Origin: Sphagnum compactum
Lineage: Eukaryota
Assembly (NCBI GenBank): GCA_965153455.1
Contig: OZ234493.1
Coordinates: forward strand, 26,278,213 to 26,342,212
Length of the DNA: 64,000 nucleotides
Direction of reading: 5' to 3'
Positions 55,616 to 64,000 of the stretch are shown here, in pieces. The notes beneath the pieces were generated by a model, which did no database searches, was not told where the DNA came from, and worked only from the letters and a program-made list of their open reading frames with translations. Position 1 is the stretch's first letter. Every line of letters starts with the position of its first letter. A program made the position numbers and the translations under genes.

Positions 55616-56580
55616 GGTTGTTTAGAAAACTCCCGGTTATCATCTCGGTTATTATAACGTACCAGCCGGTTGCTGATTTTTTCGAAACCCGGTAAGTGTT
55701 CTACCCGCCTGGGACTGAGTTCTCAAATTTTAACAACCTACCCTGAGGATCTGACTATCGACCAGGGTAGGTCATCAATCTTAAAACACCAAACATGTTC
55801 ATATTGGAGGGCTATTTAACTAGCAAATATTGGGGTTGGATATTAGGTTCAAGCTTGAATCAGAATATCAAATATTTTTATTCATTATGCAATATTTCAA
55901 ATATTTAAAATAAATATTTTAGTTAAATTACTAATTTAGTTAGTTTGTTGGGTTAGAGAAAAGAAAAGAGTTGCAACCGTCACAACCTAACATTTGAAGC
56001 CAGTTTTTTTTCTCTCTTCAATTTTTTCAAATTTTTTTTTTTTTTTTTGCTTTTTCTTTTTCTATCTTTTGAAGTAAGTAAAGCATTTCTTTCCTTTCTT
56101 CGTTTTTTTTTTGTTTCTCAGGATATGGGCTTAAATTTTGAAGAAAGAAAAACAAAATCCTTTTAAATTTATTTTTCATTACTATTATTTTTATTTTTAT
56201 TTTTTACTCTTTATATTCTCTTTTCTTTTTTTAAATTTTTTTAAATAAAAAAGATGTGTTTTACTATATTTCCCTTTGTTTGTTTCATTTGTTTGCATTC
56301 TTTTTTCTATTATTTTTTTCTTGTTTTAATTTTTTCTATTTTTTTTCAATTTTTCTTCTAGTTTTTTAAATTTTTCGTATAATAAAAGCTTTTTTAATTT
56401 TTAATTTAGGTTTTTCTAGATGCAAGTTTGAAGTTTGAAAAAAGAAAACAAACCTCATTCTTTATCAAGTATGGTTTTTCTTCATTACTATAAGTTTTTT
56501 TCTCTTTTATTTCTTCTCTATTTATTTATTTTCATAATATGTTTATTTTCTTTTGTTTTATTGTATTTCCTTCGTTTATT

Positions 56581-56971
56581 TCATTTGTTGCTTCTTAGCG
56601 TTCGATAGCTTCCCTTTTTGGAGACGATAGTCTCTAGAATCATCTCCAAGAATACCATTAAGATACATTTCTCCAAGTTGAAACTTATCTTGTACTCTTG
56701 GCATTTTTCGCAACATAATTGTAATTTGGCCAAATGGGCATCCAAATCACTAAAGATGGTGAAATCATCCAAAAACAACTTCATGAAATCATCCAAATAG
56801 TCTTTGAAAAAATTGTTCACCACTCAAACAAATGCTTCTGAAAATCATTTTATATCCATCCCCGGGGGCAATTTGGATTTGATGGTAGCCAAAGAAACCA
56901 TCCAAAAACAAATACACTTCGTGTACCACTACCTTGTCCAAAACTTCATCTATGAAGGGTGATGGATACAA
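56581..56971 (-). mobile_element. Ty3/Gypsy reverse transcriptase fragment (pseudogenised)
   Basis: YPSPFIDEVLDKVVVHEVYLFLDGFFGYHQIQIAPGD.YK and FKDYLDDFMKLFLDDFTIFS..HLAKLQLC..LEKC match Gypsy RT domains. There is an internal deletion and frameshift. Confidence 0.9.
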
Positions 56972-59900
56972 GCTTGAACCAACATATCACATGTTGCAAA
57001 TATTTATCGTTAAAAATATTTATTCAAAGAATATGATTTAACCATGCACTACATTAAAATATGTGTATCATGATTATAATTGCAAAAGACATGACATTTA
57101 TGTGCACGAACTGGCATTTATGATTATGTCCATGTCCATGATTGGATGGTATTTAGACTACAAGTTTAAATCACCTACATGTGGCAAATGTGATTGTGAA
57201 CATAATCATGGATATAGTTATAAGTTGATCTTTTCAATGTAATGCCTTACTTGGTTTTAAAATGTTTTGAAGCCTATACATATTTTTACCCCATTGATAT
57301 AGTTTTTGAAATAATGTATTTACTTTTATTTGCTTTATATATTAAAACTAATATACTTGTGGGCAACACTAGTCATGACACCTATATCAAAATGGTAAAT
57401 TTCTTTGAGACTCAAATGAAACATATTATTCTATTTCAAGACAAATGGTGTTTTGAAATTTCAAGCAACCATAACTATGTCAAAATGGACTTAAATGGGA
57501 CATGCAACCCAATGCAACCCCAAAGATCCTTTCAATACCATATCAAAAACTTGATTTGAACATGATTTGTTCCTCCAAATTGAATTCTTAATGTGTCAAA
57601 CACTTATAGATAATTGGAAACATTTACCTAATACATTTTTGTCCTAATTTTCAAATGGTTGTAACTTGAAGCCATTGTATTTATTTTGGCAATATGACCC
57701 CATCACATTATACCTCACATTAAAAAATAAATCAACAAGCTAAAGATAATTTGAATTGAAGGAAATTTGATCATTCAAATTGTTTTTTAATCATTGATCA
57801 AGATTCCTTGAATTCTCAAAATGGGAGTTCAACTTGTATTTCTTGGGAATGCCTCTTTTTTATTCAAACGCACACATTCATTTTAGGTGAAAATGTGTTT
57901 GCATTCATTTCAAGTCTTGGCCCCTTGTTTGACCTGACCCCAATTTCATTTTGCCAAAACACTTTATTGCGCATCTCAAGAATTTGTAACACATTCAAGT
58001 TAAACTTGCGACAATAAAATTTCATTAAAAATAAAATACAATAGAAATAAAGCCTTTGGCAACATCCTTCCCCATATTCAAACATGCATTTGACCTCTAC
58101 TTTGCATGAGCCCTTATTCTAGTAAAGTTTGAAGCAATGAGCTTTCCTTATAACTAATTAAACAAAGAAACCACAAATGGCTAAGAGGGCATAAAGATTG
58201 CTAACACATGGGAAAATATTCTTTTAAATGTGTCAGCTAATAAACAAACTAAATAGTAAATTGACAAGATTAATAATATTTTGCAACATGCTTAGTACTA
58301 ATGAGCAAATCATAGGTTAGATTTCTAAGTCATTTTGTTTGTCTATTATAAAAAAGAAAACAAAAGAGGAATACACTACTTGCAATCTTGTCTTACCTTC
58401 AACGCCTTGTTTTAACATAACACACTAAACCCTATTATTTGACAATCGCATATACATTTCTTAAGAAGATACAAATTCTTACTAAAAATTAAACAAAAAA
58501 TTGAATTCCTCATTTAAGTAACTTTATAATTCACCATTTTGACCATGTTTCCAAAATGATTCTAGTACAAGTCATGTAACCACCACCTAGGGCACATGGT
58601 AGGGAAATATGTTAAACACCCTTTAACAAGCTCTATTTAGTATAAAAAATAGTTGACAGTGCTCAACCGTTTGCAAAGCTACCTAATTCTATTCTATTTT
58701 GACCTTATTTTTATGTTAACTTTTTTTTTAAATGTTATTGTTAAAAGCCCAAAATCTATGCTATAGGTTGGTTTGTTTAATGTCTTTTTAGAGGTGAGGG
58801 GTTTGAAATAATTATGAGACAATAATTTTTGGTTTTTTTTTTTTTTTTTGCAAAACATGCAAAACAAGTAGAACCATGAGATGCAATTCTACTCAAAACC
58901 ATGCCATGCATAAAGATATAAACGCAAAAATGCATTAGATAAAGCACATTAGGGGGTATTTAACATCTCACCATGGAAGATGAAAAATATTAAAATTTCT
59001 TGTTTACCTCTTTTAGTGGTTAGAAATTAATGTGCCTACTGTTTTATCCTTCTTCCCATCCTAGCTTAACAAGCAACAAAATCACATACGATTAATTGGT
59101 TTCAAACATATTTCTAATTTATTAGTGTTAGATAAACTAATTTACATGACATTATGCAAAGAAAAATTGGATCACATGTTCAACTCACACCCTAGGAAAA
59201 ACATGGCTATGTTAGAGAAGGAGAACATAACACCACAACATTTCATATTGGAGCATGAATGGTGACCTTCATTTATTAATATGAAAGGAGATCAATTCAA
59301 GATCCACTCTAGTTGTTTCCAACTTAAAGACATGTTCTTGAATGTAAAACCATATTCTAGTTTTATAATGTACATGAAGAACACCTTAACTAACATATAG
59401 AGTGAATAGGCTTTACGAAAATGTAATTGTGGGCACCTCCATGCACATTACATTTTCAAAAAGCTTCTTGTTGTTTTTTCCCATGATATTCAACAAGTAT
59501 CTAATCATCAAACGAAAAGTTATCATTTGCAACCAATTTTTGTAATTAAAAATGTGATTTACAATTAAAATATTGTTTTGCAAATTACTTTTCAATTGTA
59601 AATGATATTTTTAAATTACAAAAAATGATTGCAAATGACAATCTTTCTTCTAGTGAATAGATTTTTCATGGAAAAGAAAATTCTTAAAAAAACATGCAAT
59701 TTTCACCCCATGTAAGTCCTTGGGGGCAAGCTTTATGAAAATTAGGCCCAAGTTTGGCTTCACCTAGTATGACCTTTATTTGTGCAAAGCCCACCCCTTG
59801 GGTTTTACTTTACATTGAATGCATGAATTTTGCACGATAGGGTGATGGAGGTAATTGAGTCAATGATGGCAAGCAAATGAGTGCACTTTGGACAAAGATG

Positions 59901-60119
59901 TCAACAAAGGCATTAAAATTATATCCTTTGAATTGAAGGACATAAAGGCCATGTTCCCTCATTTAAATGAACAACCATTCAACATCAAAACCATCTTGTC
60001 TATTATTTTCTCTTCTCTTAAGCTAGATTCACACAAAGGTTAATAAGGATATTTTTATTTCATTTTATCTTCTTTTGATTTAGGGGCTAAATAAAGGTTT
60101 TTAGCATCCTTTTTTTTGG

Positions 60120-60970
60120 GATATCCCAAGGACAACCCACGGATGTCCTTAGGATTTAAAGGATAGCCTAACAATGGTGTCCTTGGTAAGGTTTAGTTTA
60201 GACATGGTTGTTTAGGTTTGGAGATGTTTCATTTAGGGTTGAGAAATGATGAAGATAGGCTTGAGGAATGATAAGGAAGATGAAAGGATAATGAACAATG
60301 ATAAGGATGATATGATGACATTTGGGGATGTTGGGAATTTTTTTAGGCCATGACAAGGGTATATTAAGAAGATGCCAAGGGACACGTGAAGGGGTGTTGA
60401 ACAACTTCAAGATGACATCCACGGACATTGGGTAACCTTGAGGAGATGGCAAGGGTGCTTGACAACATTGAGAAAATGCTAGTGGACATCTAAATTTGTT
60501 ATTATTATTATTATTTTCAAGCAAACAACAAGGGATGTTGGGGGATGTCAAGGAGTTGTCACTGGGTGTCGAGCAACGTCAAGAATGTGCCAAGGAAATG
60601 TTGGGGGTTGTTGGGTAGCGTTAGAAAAATGTCAAAGGATGTTGAAAAATTATATTATTTTTATGGTGACAATGGAAGGACATTGAAAAAATGCTGAAAA
60701 TACCTCGAGATATGTCGGGCAATGAAACATTAAGGAAAGTTTTTAAAAACTTCAAGGATGTCAAACAATGTCCAAAAAACTTTGTGGGATGTTAAGAAAA
60801 CTTCGGGAAATGATGAGGAGGGGGGGGGGGTCTAGAAAACATTGGGAAAATGTTGAACAACATAGGGAAAATGATAAGGGATGTCAAACAACATAAAAAA
60901 AACCCATTGCCCATAGCATTGGGAAACCACTAGACAATGTTGAAAAAATGTTGGAAGATGACAAGAAAAG
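60120..60970. repeat. Degenerate short-unit tandem array (ggatgt(t/c)/gacatt-type motifs)
   Basis: Recurrent aaggatgtca, gggatgtt, gacattg and aatgttg motifs at short spacing; highly decayed, probably TE-subterminal. Confidence 0.5.
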
Positions 60971-62569
60971 TCCAAACCAAAAAACTTTTGGTAAAAATGT
61001 AAAAAACATTTATAGTTGTCAAATATATCTTAACATCCTTGAGCTTTGCAACCTTGGATTAAAATGACTCAAATATAAAGAATAGACTAACCCTTTTATT
61101 GTTCACACAAAGGGGATAAATAAAGGGTTTATTCAACCCTATATTGAAACATTTGCATTGGAGGGGTTTTCAAAACTACACCAAAATGTTTGGGCAACTT
61201 GCAAAAACTTAGGATTTATTTCATGTTGCCCAAAAAGATGTGCACTATGGAGAATTTGTGAAAAATATTTTTCAGGATGCTTGGAAAAATTCAATAGATT
61301 CGAAATTTTTATGTTGTTCAATAGTTTTGGGCATAATATTATATAAGTTGAAAATAATTTCATTTCTGCTCAAAAATTTGGGAGCTCGAAAGATTCTGAT
61401 GCTTGAAAAAATTCAAGTGAAAAATTCTCTAAAATGCTCCAAAATATTTTAGGCAACTTAAAAAAATTTAGACTGCTTGGTAGATTATAAATGTTGACTA
61501 AAATTTCATTTCTGCCCAAACATTTTGAGCCCTCTTGAAGAATCATGATGCTCTGGACAAAACATTTAGGCAATTTGGCAATTTGTATACTGCTCGATAA
61601 TGTTGGGCAAATTATAAAAGTTGAATTCTTTTTTGGTTGTTGCCCACCATTTTGGGTCCTCTTTCACATAAAACCGAATATGTTTGGCAATAACAATGTT
61701 AGAAGCTCTCTTGAACATGTATTTTGAAGTTAATGGGTCAAATTATTTCCTTATTATGTTCTCTTTTGATCCCAGATCAAAAAAAAGTGAGGATATTTAT
61801 TCATGGGGTTAACATATTCTAACACATTTATCCCCTTTTAACCCTAATTCCATGTCATTAGCCAATCAATTTCTACTTCTTTCATGTGAATGGTATAAAA
61901 TTGCATGCAATTTGAATTGAATTCAAATATATTTATATTTATATTCACTTCACTTGGATTCAAATCTATATAATTAAAACAAATGTTTGTTTATTGTTTG
62001 TTTGTGTCATTCATATTTACCTATTTCAAACCTAATTATTAAAAACCTACTCATTCATATGCACATGAAAAGACACATGTTATGTGCCTTTTTATGTCTA
62101 CGTTATCTATGTTATGAAACCTTTGAATTTTTTTATTTTTTTTATGCGAGAAATTGAAACAACAATTAGATATGATCATGAGGAACTAAAACAAGTCAAT
62201 ATGATAATGAGAAACAATAAAACAACCAAAAATAAAAATTAGATATAAATTTAATAAACATCTAAAATCATCATGCATGCACATGGTGATGGCTTTCTCA
62301 CTTTCATATTGTAACACGTCTCTTGACTAGTTCAATTGGGAAAAAATGAAATGCAAATTGATGCAAAAAGTATTGAAAATATAATCATCATTTTCAATAT
62401 TTGTGATTATGGTATTGAATAAAAGACATTTTTCCATTCAAATTAAAACAAATTCCAAATTGAAATATATTATGATAAAATGAGACAATTAATGAAGCAC
62501 CTTCAAGATTTATTTGATCTAGAAGATTCAACTAATGATTTTTTCTAGTTATTCTTAATTTGCTTTTAT

Positions 62570-64000
62570 GTTATTGTGGGGTGTATCCCTAGGAGTATAG
62601 TTAGGCCCTTTGGTGTTGCGAAGTTCTTAATTTTGACCAAACCTTCTAGTGGCAGTTGGTCGATGATAGTAGGTGAGGTTTTATATTTGTTATTGAATGT
62701 GATTTTTTGCCTTGAGTTTCATAATGCATTGTTAATCCACCTATCCCCACATGATTTCGGGGTTGTAATTAAGGGATGTTGTGAAACAATGGTGCAAGGT
62801 ATTTTGGCAACTTCAGATGTTCACCTTGATTGAGTGGTGTTCTAAGTAGACATTGCAAATGCCTTCAACACTATTTCATATAAGGTTATATTCTAGGAGT
62901 TGCATGTTATAAGTAGGTAGTTGTCTCAGCTCATACCTCTCATTTGTTCTTTTATGCCCCACATCTTTTTATTTTCTTTAGTCATCGTTCCCTTCAATGT
63001 GACTTATATATTATTCAATCTTCCATTAGCACCCATTAAGGGGATTCGTTAGATGGTCATCTTTTTGCTTTAACTCACTTTTGCACCTTTCATAACTCAC
63101 CTGGCCTTTTCCTGTTTTGTTCGTTTCCTTCCATTGTAAATGACAACCACATCATTAGGCTTATTTTAGTTGTATCTCAGGCATTTCATCATTTTTCTTA
63201 CCAATTAGATTTGGTAAACCTTGTTGTTTAGCACCGCAAATGTGCTATTTGGTTTCTTTCGGGGTCGCCACTACAGTTTTTGCTTCCATCAGGTTTCTAT
63301 ATCCCTGTTGGAGGCATTAGGCTTTTGGGTGTTCCCTTGGGATCCTTTTCTTTCACATTGTTTTTCCTCCAAGATGTTTTGAACGATTATGTTCAGCGTA
63401 TCTATGCCCTTCCTAGGTTAGGGAATGTGTAGTGGCATTTGAGGTTTTCATTTGTTGTTTTGCCCACAAGCCTTATTACCTTTTTTGTTTTTCACCCCAT
63501 TCTCGGATTTTCAATGCCAATTATCTTCCTTTGATTCGACCCTCATTAACGTATTTGGGAGATTCTTAAGGCTAGGTTTTTAAGACTATGCAGAAGCTCT
63601 TTTAGTTCATCAACAAGCTTTTTTTCCCATTTCTAGAGGTGGGATCTGAGGTCTTGTTTTTGTGAAGGTTATCACTTCAGTTGCGTATTTGGGGAACTAA
63701 AAGCTTGTTGTCTTAATCATTGCATTTAAATTCTTGCAAAACGAGTGCCCATTTTTATTGGGGGCTATAGGGGCTAGTAGTTTAGGTCCATTTTCCATTC
63801 TAGGTTCACCTTAGGTGGGTTCGTGATCTTCTACTTCCAACTACTTATATTTGCATCCCCCCATTTGAACAACTATCAGAGAAAAGGAGCGAATCGTTTT
63901 CAAAAGAACATTTTTGGAGAGTGTGCACGAACACTCATTTTTTAACATCATTTTAAAATTGTCTTTTGATTATTATTGCATTTGGTTGAAATCTTGTGTA
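62570..64000 (+). mobile_element. Decayed CRE-like (RLE clade) non-LTR retrotransposon, reverse transcriptase region, running off the window end
   Basis: TKPSSGSWSMIVGEVLY (KPxGGxRPIAVGE), LSPHDFGVVIKGCCETMVQG (PxQFGVG..GGCE), VDIANAFNTIS, STH*GDSLDGHLFAL (GxRQGDPL), FPSIVND (xADD) and GIRLLGVPLGS. Numerous stops. Confidence 0.85.

Noticed and set aside
53831..55625. Plus-strand ORFs overlapping the AAA ATPase and its promoter
   Set aside because: Antisense shadows and GC-rich 5'UTR with no protein motifs.

Overview
Eukaryotic, AT-rich, intron-containing land-plant DNA. It is most likely a moss and probably Sphagnum; this is inferred from the bryophyte-type globin and the repeat families, not verified. 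There are three intact minus-strand genes whose exons I traced by hand: (1) a secreted copper-radical glyoxal/galactose oxidase (AA5, 5 exons, 549 aa) whose first intron has a non-canonical GC donor; (2) a non-symbiotic haemoglobin (phytoglobin, 5 exons, 188 aa) with an extra N-terminal intron and a repeat-built acidic/Thr C-terminal tail; (3) an MSP1/ATAD1-type membrane-anchored AAA+ ATPase (5 exons, 397 aa). The rest is mostly decayed transposons: CRE-like (RLE) non-LTR fragments, hAT transposase relics, a solo LTR, a Ty3/Gypsy RT fragment, MITEs and a putative non-autonomous Helitron carrying promoter-like motifs, plus a decayed NIF/FCP1 phosphatase-like fragment. I found no rRNA, tRNA or CRISPR, and no convincing new multi-gene system. 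The most interesting items are the atypical phytoglobin and the putative Helitron.
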